Positions 8,893-18,919 of a stretch of DNA of 64,000 bases are shown in pieces. Each line of letters begins with the position of its first letter. Position 1 is the first letter of the stretch. Source of the DNA: an uncultured Chloroflexia bacterium (GTDB lineage: Bacteria; Chloroflexota; Limnocylindria; Limnocylindrales; CSP1-4); contig OY970218.1 in the NCBI GenBank assembly GCA_963713975.1, forward strand, positions 1,177,683 to 1,241,682, read 5' to 3'. The notes below the pieces were generated by a model. That model searched no databases. It saw nothing but the letters and a program-made list of their open reading frames with translations, and was not told the DNA's origin. The position numbers and the translations under genes were made by a program.

Positions 8893-10662
8893 TCACACGG
8901 GGCCCGGCATAGGTTGATTGGTCGGGATCTGCGCCGAGATTCGTGTCCCGCCACCAACCGGGCTCACGACCGTGATCGTCCCGTCGAGCGCTGCGAGTCG
9001 GTCGGCGAGACCACGCAGGCCACTGCCGGAGCGAGGGTCGGCGCCGCCAATCCCGTTGTCGTCGACCTCGATGGTCAGGTGATCGTCGAGTCCCGTCACG
9101 CGCACCGTCGCCTTGCTGGCATTTGCGTACTTGGTCACGTTCGCGAGGGCCTCAGAGATGACGAAGTACGCGGCCCCCTCGACGGCCGGCGCGTAGCGCT
9201 CCGGGCCGACGTCGACGGCAACGTCGACCGAGGTTCGATCGGCGAGGGACTCCACGGCGGCGCCCAGCCCGCTCTCGGTGAGGATCAGGGGATGGATCCC
9301 GAGCGCCAGGTCGCGGAGCTCGGCGAGCGCTTCCAGGGCTTCTTGTGCCGCTCGATCCAAGCTGCGTCGGATGGCCGGATCGCCATCATCGCCAAGAGCG
9401 CGTCGCGCGACCTGCAACTCGAGGCTGAGCGAGACGAGCCGTTGCTGGGCGCCGTCATGGAGGTCTCGCTCCACACGCCGGCGCTCGACGTCTCCGGCCT
9501 CGACGATCCGTGCGCGCGAGGCGCGGACCTCCTGGAGTCGTGCTTCGACCTCGGCAGTAAGCCGATCGTTCTCGACGGCCAGCCGCATGGCGCTCGCAAC
9601 CGACGCGATCAGCCCCGGTTCCTCGAGGAGCGCCGCGTCGTGGATGATCGCGGCCTCGGTGACGCCGTCCCGCTCGAGCAGCGTCACTGCTTGGCCAGCG
9701 CCGTCTCCAGGTAGCTCGACCATCCCGCCCCCCGCATCGACGAACGCATCCCGCGCTGGGTCCCACCACGCTACCTGGAGAGAGGGGTCACCGAGCGCGT
9801 TGGCGAGGGCATCCCGGAGCCGGGCCGGTGTCGGGGTCTGTCCCAGCTCGACGACGAGGTCCGCGACGCCGGCCCGGGCGAGCTGGGACCGGAGCATGAC
9901 GCCGACGATGGCGATGGGAATCGCGATCTGCGCCGCGAGCACCAGGTTGTTCAGCTCCGGCACGGTGATGCCGAGGGGCTGGAGGATCCAGGATGCCGAC
10001 GCGAGGAGGATGGCAGCGGCACCGACGAGGACCGGCGTCGTCTGGCGTCGGGCTGGTCCGCTCGACCGCAGCCAGCGGCGGCCAACGGACCCGACGAGCA
10101 GGACGGCGGCGAAGGCCAGCGAACTGCGCTGCACCGCGTCGATCACCTGGGCGGCGCGTTCATCCGGCGCGATGGCGAGGACGTTCAAGCCACCTTGGAG
10201 TTCGTAGAACAACAGCCACAGGAACTCGAGCGGGACTGACACGAACAGGAAGATCGCGGCGATCGCACGGTCGACGCGTGAGGCGATGCGGCCACTCGGG
10301 AAGGACAGGAGGAAGATCGCGAAGGCGGCGGCAGAGAGGTCGGAGATCCAGAGGCCGGCGGTGAACAGGATCGGCTGCTGGATGAGCAGGAGGGACCGTC
10401 CGAGCAGCCATAGCCCCCCGAAGGCCACCATCAGGTAGCCGATACGGCTGCTGGGACGCCGTGCCCAGAGGAAGGTGCCGGAGGCGACGAACGACCAGCC
10501 GACCAGCACGGCGAGGAGCGCGCTGATCGTGAGCGGGCCGGGTTGTGTGCCGCCGACCAGCATCCATAGACCGAGCGTGACCGCGGTGATCAGCAGCAGG
10601 GCGCGCGCCCATGTGCGGCCTGACGACGGCAACGAAGAAGTCCTGCCCAATCGGGTCTCCAT
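8893..10662 (-). CDS. Sensor histidine kinase (NarL-type HisKA_3 + HATPase), multi-pass membrane N-terminus
   Basis: H-box RDLHDGAQQRLVSLSLELQ. C-terminal ATPase G-boxes (DDNGIGGA...GSGLRGLADR). ~8 TM helices. Start is most likely the ATG at 10662 (METRLG...); the ORF extends to 10824. Confidence 0.8.
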   Translation of the reverse strand: METRLGRTSSLPSSGRTWARALLLITAVTLGLWMLVGGTQPGPLTISALLAVLVGWSFVASGTFLWARRPSSRIGYLMVAFGGLWLLGRSLLLIQQPILFTAGLWISDLSAAAFAIFLLSFPSGRIASRVDRAIAAIFLFVSVPLEFLWLLFYELQGGLNVLAIAPDERAAQVIDAVQRSSLAFAAVLLVGSVGRRWLRSSGPARRQTTPVLVGAAAILLASASWILQPLGITVPELNNLVLAAQIAIPIAIVGVMLRSQLARAGVADLVVELGQTPTPARLRDALANALGDPSLQVAWWDPARDAFVDAGGGMVELPGDGAGQAVTLLERDGVTEAAIIHDAALLEEPGLIASVASAMRLAVENDRLTAEVEARLQEVRASRARIVEAGDVERRRVERDLHDGAQQRLVSLSLELQVARRALGDDGDPAIRRSLDRAAQEALEALAELRDLALGIHPLILTESGLGAAVESLADRTSVDVAVDVGPERYAPAVEGAAYFVISEALANVTKYANASKATVRVTGLDDHLTIEVDDNGIGGADPRSGSGLRGLADRLAALDGTITVVSPVGGGTRISAQIPTNQPMPGPV

Positions 10663-10728
10663 GCGCGTGCGGCATCGTCCCACAAGCGCGCGCCGGTGCA
10701 ACCCCCGGAATCCGTGCAGGCCCTCTCT

Positions 10729-10795
10729 CCGTCCCCGTGCAAACACCCGCCGGAACGCTGGGTTGTCTCCGTTGGCCGGAGGTCCATGCGGCCCT
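10729..10795 (+). promoter_or_regulatory. Conserved upstream element, copy 2, in the divergent intergenic region between the kinase and the hydrolase gene
   Basis: CCCCGTGCAAACACCCGCCGGAACGCTGGGTTGTCTCCGTTGGCCGGAGGTCCATGCGGCCCTACGGTC aligns with 2469-2536. It lies ~73 nt upstream of the ATG at 10868. Confidence 0.45.
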
Positions 10796-10867
10796 ACGGT
10801 CTCGGTGAGACACGAGCGGGCCATTTACCACAGCCCGATCGCTGCTCGCCTGTCCACGAGGGATGAG

Positions 10868-12196
10868 ATGACTGACAGATCGATGAAAGGCCCGGATCGC
10901 CCCACCGCCGGAGCGTTCGAGCAGCCAGCCGCAGGCACGCGGTCCCCGGTCCCCGGCATCATCGCGTCGCTCGCCGCCGGCGGAGTCCTTGCCGTTGCTC
11001 TCCTCCTCGGTCCCGTCGCTGGCGGGTCGGAACCCCTGGTCACCGGGTCGGTGCTGCTTGCTTTCGGGCTCGGCTGGGGCCTCATGGCCGTACTGACGAC
11101 CCGCTTCAGCGCACAGCCGCAAACCTGGATGACTGTGCCCGCCATGTTTCTCGGCTCGATCGGGCTCGTCCTGATCGCGTTCCAGCCGGGTCCGGCGGCC
11201 ATGGACCTCCTGAGCTGGATCTGGCCGGTCGCCCTGGCCATCGTGGCGATCTGGATGGTTGTGCAGGTCCGCCGTCATCTCGGTGGTCGCGGCCGGTGGC
11301 TGGTGATCCCGATGATCGCGACGCTCCTCGTCTTCGCCGTCGGCGGCGCCATCGCGACCGTCAGCGCGGCCACCCGTTCGAGCGCCTCCGCACCATCCGG
11401 CCGGATGGTCGACGCGGGCGGTCGTAGCCTCTACCTCGAGTGCGCCGGTTCCGGGGGCCCGACCGTCATCCTCCAGGCGGGCCTCGGCGAGTCGTCCGCC
11501 TCCTGGGGACGCATCGCGCCGCAGGTGGCCGCGTCGACCACGGTCTGCGCCTACGATCGCGCGGGTCACGGACGCAGCGATGAGGCCGGGCCGCAGGACG
11601 GGATCGCCCTCGCCACTGACCTGCACGGCTTGCTCGACAGCGCGGGCGTGACCGGACCGTTTGTCCTGGTCGGCCACTCCTCTGGCGGCGACTATGTGCG
11701 GGTCTTCGCCGCCCGCTATCCCGACGAGGTCGCGGGCCTGGTCCTGCTCGACGCCCAGCCGGCGGATGCGTTCAGTGCACTGCCCGACTACCCCGCCTTC
11801 TATCAGAACTACCGACGCGTCGCGACGCTGTCGCCCTCGCTGGCTCGCATCGGACTCGTCGGGCCGATGCTCGGGCTACCCGCCGACCAGTCGACGCCGG
11901 CGGCGGCGCGCGGCGCGCGCGACGAGGTTCTCGCACTTCCTGCCGCCCTGCAGCAGGCGCAGGCGCTCACGAGTCTCGGCGACCGACCGCTCGTCGTGGT
12001 CACGGCCGGAACCGGCCAGCAGGCTGGCTGGCTCGAGGCGCAGAACAGGCTCCCGCACCTCTCGACGGACAGCGCCCACCGCGTCCTCGAGGCCGCCACG
12101 CACGCCTCGATCATCTCTGGCCCGGATGCCTCCACGTCCACGCAGGCGATCCTGGATGTCGTGGCGTCCATCCAGTCCGGGACGGCCCTCCGATGA
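10868..12196 (+). CDS. Alpha/beta-hydrolase fold protein with an N-terminal membrane domain
   Basis: After ~4 TM helices: HGRSD, GHSSGG (nucleophile elbow GxSxG) and a LVLLDA segment. Start set at the in-frame ATG 10868 to avoid overlapping the kinase. Confidence 0.7.
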   Translation: MTDRSMKGPDRPTAGAFEQPAAGTRSPVPGIIASLAAGGVLAVALLLGPVAGGSEPLVTGSVLLAFGLGWGLMAVLTTRFSAQPQTWMTVPAMFLGSIGLVLIAFQPGPAAMDLLSWIWPVALAIVAIWMVVQVRRHLGGRGRWLVIPMIATLLVFAVGGAIATVSAATRSSASAPSGRMVDAGGRSLYLECAGSGGPTVILQAGLGESSASWGRIAPQVAASTTVCAYDRAGHGRSDEAGPQDGIALATDLHGLLDSAGVTGPFVLVGHSSGGDYVRVFAARYPDEVAGLVLLDAQPADAFSALPDYPAFYQNYRRVATLSPSLARIGLVGPMLGLPADQSTPAAARGARDEVLALPAALQQAQALTSLGDRPLVVVTAGTGQQAGWLEAQNRLPHLSTDSAHRVLEAATHASIISGPDASTSTQAILDVVASIQSGTALR

Positions 12197-13056
12197 GCGC
12201 CCGGTCCGATGCGCTCCTGAGTCGCATGGGTCGGCCGATCCCGGCGATCGCGATCGGCGGCCGCCTGACGCGCGCGGTCGTGGCCTCGCTCGTGGTTGGC
12301 GGCTACACGGCCCTCGGCGCCACGTTCAGGCTCAGCGCCGAGGGGTACCTGCTTCTGGGCATCCCGATCACCATAGCCTTCCAGGCACTGGTCGTCCGCC
12401 GCCCGCTCCGGGCGCTGTGGCTTCGCAATGCCGCACCTCTTGCGCTCACGCCACGATCGATTCTGGCGATCGTCGCCGTCGCGATCGCCCCGGCCGCGAT
12501 CGCCGTCCGAGGCGCGCAGCAGGGTGACCCGGTCCTGACCGCCTACGGGGTCGCCGCGATGTTCGGCGCGGTCGGAGCTGTCTACGCCATCCGTGCGATG
12601 AGCCGCGACGCAGCACGCGCGAGCGCTCAGGCATCCCTGGTCAACGGCGCCATCCTCGCAGGCGTCATGGTCGCCTTCCGGCTCGCCACGGGTGGGTTCC
12701 ACGGGAGTCTTGGCGAGGCGGTCGTCACGGCCGTCATCTCCGTCGCCACCTACCTGCCCGTCGTCTTCGTCATGGAGGAGGTCTTCTTCCGCGGGCTCCT
12801 CGATCCCTACCTGCACGGCTTCACGCCCGGACGCGATCGCGCCTCGGCCCTGTACGGATCGGCCCTCTGGGGGCTATGGCACCTGCCGGTGATGTCCCTC
12901 GACCTCGGGCCCCTCACGATCCCGTACCTCGTGGCCATCCACACCGCGATGGGCTACGTCCTCGTTACCGCGTGGCGGCGGACGGGGAACCTCGCCGCTC
13001 CGGGCATCGCACACGCCGTGGCCGACGCCTTGAGAAACGCGGTGGCGGTCCTGTAG
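12193..13056 (+). CDS. CPBP family intramembrane metalloprotease (CAAX protease-like)
   Basis: Motifs EEVFFRG and ...WGLWH... are on TM helices. ATGA overlap with the upstream gene. Confidence 0.75.
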   Translation: MSARSDALLSRMGRPIPAIAIGGRLTRAVVASLVVGGYTALGATFRLSAEGYLLLGIPITIAFQALVVRRPLRALWLRNAAPLALTPRSILAIVAVAIAPAAIAVRGAQQGDPVLTAYGVAAMFGAVGAVYAIRAMSRDAARASAQASLVNGAILAGVMVAFRLATGGFHGSLGEAVVTAVISVATYLPVVFVMEEVFFRGLLDPYLHGFTPGRDRASALYGSALWGLWHLPVMSLDLGPLTIPYLVAIHTAMGYVLVTAWRRTGNLAAPGIAHAVADALRNAVAVL

Positions 13057-13101
13057 CTGACCACAACGGACCGGTGGTCCTGCCTCGCGGCTGCACCGAG
13101 A

Positions 13102-14808
13102 TCAGTCGTCCAAGTGGTGCTCGAGGTATTCGTGGACGTAGCGGACCGCGACGGAGCCTTCCCCGACGGCCGAGGCGATCCTCTTCGTGGACCCGGCCCG
13201 GGCGTCACCGACGGCGAAGACCCCGGCCATACTTGTCCGGAGTGGTGATCCTTGGAGGCCCGGAAGGTACTCGCTCGCATCGCCCGTGAGCACGAACCCG
13301 CTCTCATCACGCCGGATGTCCGGCGGCAGCCAGTCCGTTCGCGGCGTCGCCCCGATCAGGATGAAGGCTGCCGCCACCAGGCGCTCGGTGGTCTGTCCGG
13401 TCAACGCGTCCCGCAGCGTCACCGCGGCGAGCCGGTGCTCGCCAAGGGCGTCGACAACCTCCGTGTTGGTGACGACGACCACCTTGCCGGAGGCTTCGAT
13501 CTCGCGGACCAGGTACTCCGACATCGTCTCCTTGATCGATGGGCCGCGGACCACGAGCGTTACAGTCCGGGCGAATCGACACAGATGGACCGCGGCCTGC
13601 CCCGCCGAGTTGGCGCCGCCCACAACGATCACGTCCTCGTCGCGCATCGCCGGCGCCTCGGATGTCGCGGCCCCGTAGTACACGCCACGGCCCACGAGGC
13701 GCTCGAGCCGGGCGACTCCGAGGCGACGGTACTCGACACCGGTCGCCAGGATCACGGCGCGGCCCTGAACATCGGTCCCGTCATCGAGCGCAACGGCACG
13801 GTCGTCGCCGTCGGCTCGAAGGCCGACCGCCCGGCATCCGAAGAGGAACTTCGCGCCAAGGAAGTAGGCCTGACGGTAGGCGCGCGCCGCAAGGTCCTGA
13901 CCGGAGATGCCGGAGGGGAACCCGAGGTAGTTGCGGATCAACGAGCTCGTTCCCGCCTGGCCACCATGGGTGTCGTGGTCGATGACCAGCACGTCGAGGC
14001 CCTCTGACGCGCCATACACGGCCGCCGCGAGACCGGCAGGACCTGCCCCGACGATGATCAGGTCGCAGCGCGCGTCGGCCGGGCCGGCGTTCGCCCCGAC
14101 AGCCATGGCAATGTCGGTGACGCTCGGCTGGACCAGGACCCGTCCGTCGTGGAAGACGGCGACCGGCAGGCCCGCGTTGGCGCTCGCCAGGCGGAGCAGG
14201 CGTTGGCCCACCGACGAGCCTGGTTCGTGGAACGCTGCCGGGATCGAGCTCCGCTCGAGCATGTCGCGGAGCGTGTGGGTCTCCGGCGACCATCGCTCGC
14301 CCACGACCTGGACGGCCTCGAAGCCAGAGTGTCGCCGTCGCGCCCAAAGGTCGAGCAGCTCGCTGATACCGCCGAAGAACGCCTCATCCGGGTCGGCCGT
14401 CGGTGCAACCACGAGCCTGTCGAACTGGCCCAGGACCGATGCTCGGACCAGGTCGCTCTTCGCCTCGGGGTCACGGCCCCATGCCTCCGCCCAGTCGACG
14501 AGCAAGCCCCTGCTGGCACCCGGCGCCGTCACGAGCGCGTCGGCGAGGACCTCCCCCCCAGATGCGTCGGCGAGGCGACGGCCGACAATGACCAGGGCCG
14601 CGTCACGTCCGGCGGCCGTGAGCTCCGATAGCCGTGCCAGGCTTTCGGCACGAGTGGTGCATCCCAGGATCTCGTAGTCGCTGCCGAAGCGGCGCTGGAG
14701 CACGGCGCGTACCTCCGCGAGCCGTCCGGCATCAGCGAGGACGACCAGGAGCACCGGCGCCGACGGCTGGGAGTTGGTGTGGGCTGGGCTCCGCGGGTCG
14801 TCGTCCAT
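13102..14808 (-). CDS. FAD-dependent pyridine nucleotide-disulfide oxidoreductase (thioredoxin-reductase-like) with an N-terminal REC-like domain
   Basis: C-terminal half has DLIIVGAGPAGLAAAVY (FAD), GGANSAGQAA (NAD) and GVFAVGD. The N-terminal ~230 aa look like a CheY-like fold (VLLVVLADAGRLAEVRAVL...). Confidence 0.75.
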   Translation of the reverse strand: MDDDPRSPAHTNSQPSAPVLLVVLADAGRLAEVRAVLQRRFGSDYEILGCTTRAESLARLSELTAAGRDAALVIVGRRLADASGGEVLADALVTAPGASRGLLVDWAEAWGRDPEAKSDLVRASVLGQFDRLVVAPTADPDEAFFGGISELLDLWARRRHSGFEAVQVVGERWSPETHTLRDMLERSSIPAAFHEPGSSVGQRLLRLASANAGLPVAVFHDGRVLVQPSVTDIAMAVGANAGPADARCDLIIVGAGPAGLAAAVYGASEGLDVLVIDHDTHGGQAGTSSLIRNYLGFPSGISGQDLAARAYRQAYFLGAKFLFGCRAVGLRADGDDRAVALDDGTDVQGRAVILATGVEYRRLGVARLERLVGRGVYYGAATSEAPAMRDEDVIVVGGANSAGQAAVHLCRFARTVTLVVRGPSIKETMSEYLVREIEASGKVVVVTNTEVVDALGEHRLAAVTLRDALTGQTTERLVAAAFILIGATPRTDWLPPDIRRDESGFVLTGDASEYLPGLQGSPLRTSMAGVFAVGDARAGSTKRIASAVGEGSVAVRYVHEYLEHHLDD

Positions 14809-15182
14809 GAGGCAACCCTACAAAGGGCCGTAGCTGGACAGCCGCCGCACGTTTCGTAGGACACACAATCGAGCAATGGCGATTGTGACGCCGTGTCTGG
14901 CGCCGGCTGGATCTAGGTGTCGATCGCGGCCGCCAGGGCATCGAACCAGGCGTCGAGCACTGCCGAGAATGCCGACCCAAGAACGCCCGTGTCCGGTCTC
15001 GGCAGGCCAGAGGGCTGCCGTATCGGCGCCATGTCGCGCATGTCAAGTGCGCGAAACGCGCGTTTGAAATGCGCGGCCGTGCTGCCGGCAGCTCGGCCCA
15101 CGGAAGTCGGGCAGCGAGCGACTACCCGCACGTATCCCGATGTGTCGGGAAGTGCCACTCGACCGCGATGGGGATCTCTGCG

Positions 15183-15740
15183 TCAGGGCGCGCGCCGGTA
15201 GTGCATGGCGACCGCGCCGCAGCGAAGCGGCTTCGCGGAGACCAGCTCGAGCCGGCGCGTGCTCGCCAGCCCGCTCTGATACAGGGTCGGGCCGTGACCA
15301 GCGACCCTCGGGTGGACGAGGAATTTGTACTCGTCGATCAGATCCAGCCGGTCCAGCTCGGTCGCCAGCTTGCCGCTACCGAGGAGCACGCCGCCCGGGG
15401 TCTCGTCCTTGAGCTGCTGCACGCCCGTGCGCAGGTCGCCCGCGATGTGGTGGCTGTTGCTCCACGGGAAGTCCGTTCGCGTCGACGACACCACGTACTT
15501 CGGCTTGGCATCCAGCTTGACCGCCCACTCGCGCATCGCCGGCGGCGCCTCCTCGTCGCCCCGGGCGACCGCCGGCCAGTAGCTCTCCATCATCTCGTAG
15601 GTGACGCGGCCCCAGAGGATCGCCCCGCCCTCGTCCATGAGGCGAGTGAAGTAGGCGTGTGTCTCGTCGTCGGCGATCCCCTCCTGGTGGTCGACGCAGC
15701 CGTCCAGGGTGACGTTGATGCTGAAGGTCAGGAGTCCCAT
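15183..15740 (-). CDS. Dihydrofolate reductase family protein (RibD C-terminal domain-like)
   Basis: MGLLTFSINVTLDGCVDH...ILWGRVTYE...VLLGSGKL pattern of the YwjB/RibD_C family. Confidence 0.7.
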   Translation of the reverse strand: MGLLTFSINVTLDGCVDHQEGIADDETHAYFTRLMDEGGAILWGRVTYEMMESYWPAVARGDEEAPPAMREWAVKLDAKPKYVVSSTRTDFPWSNSHHIAGDLRTGVQQLKDETPGGVLLGSGKLATELDRLDLIDEYKFLVHPRVAGHGPTLYQSGLASTRRLELVSAKPLRCGAVAMHYRRAP

Positions 15741-15953
15741 GCGGCGAGTCTATCGGCCTTGGCGACTCGCCCTTCGAGCCGTGCGGTTCAATCGGGTCGG
15801 AGCGTCTGATCAGGGGTTCCCGGTACACTCCGCGCTGCGCCCAGACCGCTTCCGCCGCGCCTGTACGGATGGCGACGGATCCACGTCGACGAGGTCGGGC
15901 TCCGCAGGCCCCGAGTTGCCGCATCAGCCCATGGCACCCGACACGGAGGCATC

Positions 15954-16619
15954 ATGAAGCTGCTCCTCACATCCGGGGGCGTCACGAACACGAGCATTCA
16001 TGACGCGCTGATCGACCTGCTCGGCAAGCCGATCGCCGAATCGACGGCGCTCCTCATCCCGACGGCGCAGTGGGGTCACCCGATGTGCGGACCCGCCTCG
16101 GTGCGGGGCTTCGTCACCGGCCTGCCCCCGTGGGGCGGCATGGCCTCCCTTGAGTGGAGGTCGCTCGGTCTCCTCGAGCTGACTGCCCTGCCCACGATCA
16201 CCGCGGAGCGCTGGGTCCCTTGGGTCCGAGAGGCGGATGCGCTGCTCGTGGACGGCGGCGACGCGACCTATCTGTGCCACTGGATCCGAGAGTCCGGCCT
16301 CGCCGACCTGCTGCCGTCGCTGACCGACACCACCTGGGTCGGGGTGAGCGCCGGGAGCATGGCGATGACGCCGCGGATCGGTGACTTCTTCGTGGAGTGG
16401 CCGTCCGCGCCGAACGACCGCACCCTCGGGATGGTCGACTTCTCGATCTTCCCGCACCTGGACGTCTTCCCGACGAACACCCTCGCGGCAGCGGAGCGCT
16501 GGGCCGCCGGCATCGACGGCCCCGCTTACGCCATCGACGACGAGACCGCCATCCGGGTTGTAAACGGCAGGGTCGACGTCGTTTCCGAGGGGACCTGGAA
16601 GCTACTCGGCTCCCGGTAG
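15954..16619 (+). CDS. Peptidase S51 (peptidase E / cyanophycinase-like) family protein
   Basis: MKLLLTSGG...ADALLVDGGDATYL...WVGVSAGSM is typical of S51 dipeptidase E. Confidence 0.7.
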   Translation: MKLLLTSGGVTNTSIHDALIDLLGKPIAESTALLIPTAQWGHPMCGPASVRGFVTGLPPWGGMASLEWRSLGLLELTALPTITAERWVPWVREADALLVDGGDATYLCHWIRESGLADLLPSLTDTTWVGVSAGSMAMTPRIGDFFVEWPSAPNDRTLGMVDFSIFPHLDVFPTNTLAAAERWAAGIDGPAYAIDDETAIRVVNGRVDVVSEGTWKLLGSR

Positions 16620-16647
16620 TCCGCCGCTGCGGGGATGCCGTCGGCAA

Positions 16648-16783
16648 GGGGGACGAGATGAGCGAGCAGGGCTGGCTGGCGTTCCTCGACGCCGAGGGTG
16701 TGGATGACTGGGTCAGAACCGCCGACGAGATCCTCGCCAAGGCGGTGCGCAAGCGCCCAGCCACTTCCGAATCGGGGCACTAG
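16648..16783 (+). CDS. Small hypothetical protein (45 aa)
   Basis: ORF with ATG start; MSEQGWLAFLDAEGVDDWVRTADEILAKAVRKRPATSESGH. No motif. Confidence 0.25.
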
Positions 16784-17067
16784 GGCATCGAGCCGGAGCA
16801 TGTCGGCCTCGCCCGGGCGGGGTCCCGGGCGGCGCGGTCACACGGCGCAGTCGCGGCCTGGAGTGAGGTGCAGGAGGTGCAGCTGGCGGTCGCCGCGAAG
16901 CCGGACGCCATCGACTTGGGTTTCTGGCGAGCCGGCCTCGACTACGCACCGATGCACGAGGACAACGCGATCGACCCGCCCTCACGCCGACTCGCGGCGA
17001 GGCGACCGTCCCGGTCCCCAATGTCGAACTCGACCCTGACGAGGAGGCGCTGGACCTCGCAACGCAG

Positions 17068-18165
17068 CTACTCGCCAGCTGCCATGAGTTCAACAAGCTC
17101 CGGGACATGAAGGGGCAAGGCGCTCAATCGCTCGGACGGCGCATACCAGCGCCCTCGCGTGGCGCCGCGCGGCTCGAGCCAGCCAGCCCTCGAGAGGCGG
17201 CCGAGTTCAGCCCGAGCGGCTGGCAGCGAGCGGCCGGTGAGCCCGGCGAGCGCTGCGGTGCGCAGCCGACCGACACGGGCGGCGAGAAGCGTCGGGGCCC
17301 ACTCGAACGGCTCGCCTGCGTCGGCGAGCACCGAGACCAAGAGCCCGATGTCGGTCGGGAGCCGGCCCAGGAGCCGATTCCGAGCTTCGAGTCGATCCAG
17401 CGTGATCCTGGTGTAGTAGTCGAGCCATTCGGTGACCGGATGTTGATCAGCGTCGTAGGTTGGTCCGAGCGTCGTGCGCAAGGCGTCGATGTACTCGTCT
17501 CGGTTCCGGCGAAGGTACGCCTCGATGCTGATCAGCTCCGGCGAGTGAATGCCGTCTCGGACGAGCTCCATCGCGGCGAGGATCCGCGCCGTCCGGCCAT
17601 TGCCGTCGTTGAACGGATGGACGGCGATGATGTTGAGATGGAGTAGCGCCGAGCGAACAAGCGGCGGAGTTTGGTCCGCGAGCCTGAGCCAACCGATCAG
17701 CTCGTTCATCAGGTCCCGGACTACGAGCGGGCTCGGTCCTGTGAAGATCCCCACGAAGACGTCTTCGCCCGGACCCCGGTAGTCGCCGCGGGTGTCTTGC
17801 GGGAGCCCTTCCATGACGGTCGCATTGATCAGCTGGATCACCTCATGCGACCAGGCGAACCCCGGACGGGCCGCGGCGTCGCTGGCAAGGTTGAGCGCCC
17901 GGTTGTAGTTCTCTACCTCGCGGATGTGACCGGCGTCGGCGTCGACCGCTGCGCCGGCCAGGATCTCCTCAACCTGATTCGGCGAAAGAGGATTGCCCTC
18001 GATGCCTGTGCTTCCTGAGATCGCCGCATCTCGGGCCGCTGGCCACATGGCGAGCATTCGCCAGTTTCCAGGGCCAAGCTCCACATCGCGACGGGCAGCG
18101 TCTTCCCACCGGTCGAGCCGTTCCCGAATGGTCATGGTGGGCGTGTACGTGAGGTGGAGAGTCAT
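17068..18165 (-). CDS. Fic family protein (AMPylase/filamentation induced by cAMP), full length
   Basis: Canonical Fic motif HPFNDGNGRTARI. ~366 aa counted from the ATG at 18165 (MTLHLTYTPTMTIRERL...). The ORF extends to 18474, but that upstream part is low-complexity. Confidence 0.8.
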   Translation of the reverse strand: MTLHLTYTPTMTIRERLDRWEDAARRDVELGPGNWRMLAMWPAARDAAISGSTGIEGNPLSPNQVEEILAGAAVDADAGHIREVENYNRALNLASDAAARPGFAWSHEVIQLINATVMEGLPQDTRGDYRGPGEDVFVGIFTGPSPLVVRDLMNELIGWLRLADQTPPLVRSALLHLNIIAVHPFNDGNGRTARILAAMELVRDGIHSPELISIEAYLRRNRDEYIDALRTTLGPTYDADQHPVTEWLDYYTRITLDRLEARNRLLGRLPTDIGLLVSVLADAGEPFEWAPTLLAARVGRLRTAALAGLTGRSLPAARAELGRLSRAGWLEPRGATRGRWYAPSERLSALPLHVPELVELMAAGE

Positions 18166-18233
18166 TCGCTTGGCGCACGAGCGGTTACCGTCGAGAGGAT
18201 GATAGAAGCAATTCGCTCGTCGCGCAAGCGGTT

Positions 18234-18300
18234 TCTTGGCGCGCCCACAGGTGTCGGGCGCGCGGCCACCATGCGTTTCGTCAAGGTCCCGATCGCGCCC
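18234..18300 (+). repeat. Diverged copy (D) of the serine-recombinase 3'-end repeat family
   Basis: TTGGCGCGCCCACAGGTGTCGGGCGCGCGG...CCCGATCGCGCCCC. Encodes ...APTGVGRAATMRF..., homologous to the ARPTGVGRAISTYTIPI tails at 19094, 20872 and 28656. Confidence 0.5.
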
Positions 18301-18310
18301 CGAGGCCTGT

Positions 18311-18919
18311 ATGGGCGCGCTCGAACTGTTCCTGCACGCTCCGGATCCGGGCGTGCCCGAGCTTGTGCGCGCCGCTATCGTCCACGTCCAGTTCGAGACG
18401 ATCCACCCGTTCCTCGATGGGAACGGACGTGTCGGGCGGCTCCTGATCCCGGTCATGCTCGCGCACGCTGGCATCCTGCGGCAGCCGCTGCTCTATCTGA
18501 GCCTGTTCTTCCGCGAGCACCGGGACGAGTACTACCGGCTCCTCGGGCAGGTCAGGACCGACGGTGACTGGGAGGCCTGGGTTGACTTCTTCCTCGAGGG
18601 CGTGGAGCAGACCGCGGGTGGTGCCGTTGCGACGGCGAACCGGTTGCTGGAGCTGATGCGCAGGGATCAGGTCAGGGTCGCGGGCCTGCAGCGGTCGGCT
18701 GGCGCGGCGTCCCGTGTGTTCTCGGTTCTCTGCGAGCGGCCGATCGCGTCGGTGGGCGATGCGGCCTCGCGTCTCGGCGTCTCCCTGCCGACTGCGACGC
18801 GCGGCATCGGGGCCCTCGCGGGCCTCGGCATTGTCAGCGAGATCACCGGGCGTCAGCGCAGCCGCCTCTACGCGTACGACGAGTACCTCTCGATCCTGAC
18901 GCGGGAGCCGGCGGCCTGA
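18311..18919 (+). pseudogene. 5'-truncated Fic family gene (Fic core + C-terminal wHTH only)
   Basis: HPFLDGNGRVGRL motif and C-terminal winged HTH. It lacks the ~130-150 N-terminal residues seen in the full-length neighbour. The truncation point abuts repeat D. Confidence 0.6.

Noticed and set aside
10663-10824. Extended N-terminus of the histidine kinase (start at 10824).
   Set aside because: The extension (MARSCLTETVGPHGPPANGDNPAFRRVFARGRREGLHGF...) is non-hydrophobic and Arg-rich, and it would overlap conserved element copy 2. The ATG at 10662 gives a typical membrane-sensor N-terminus.
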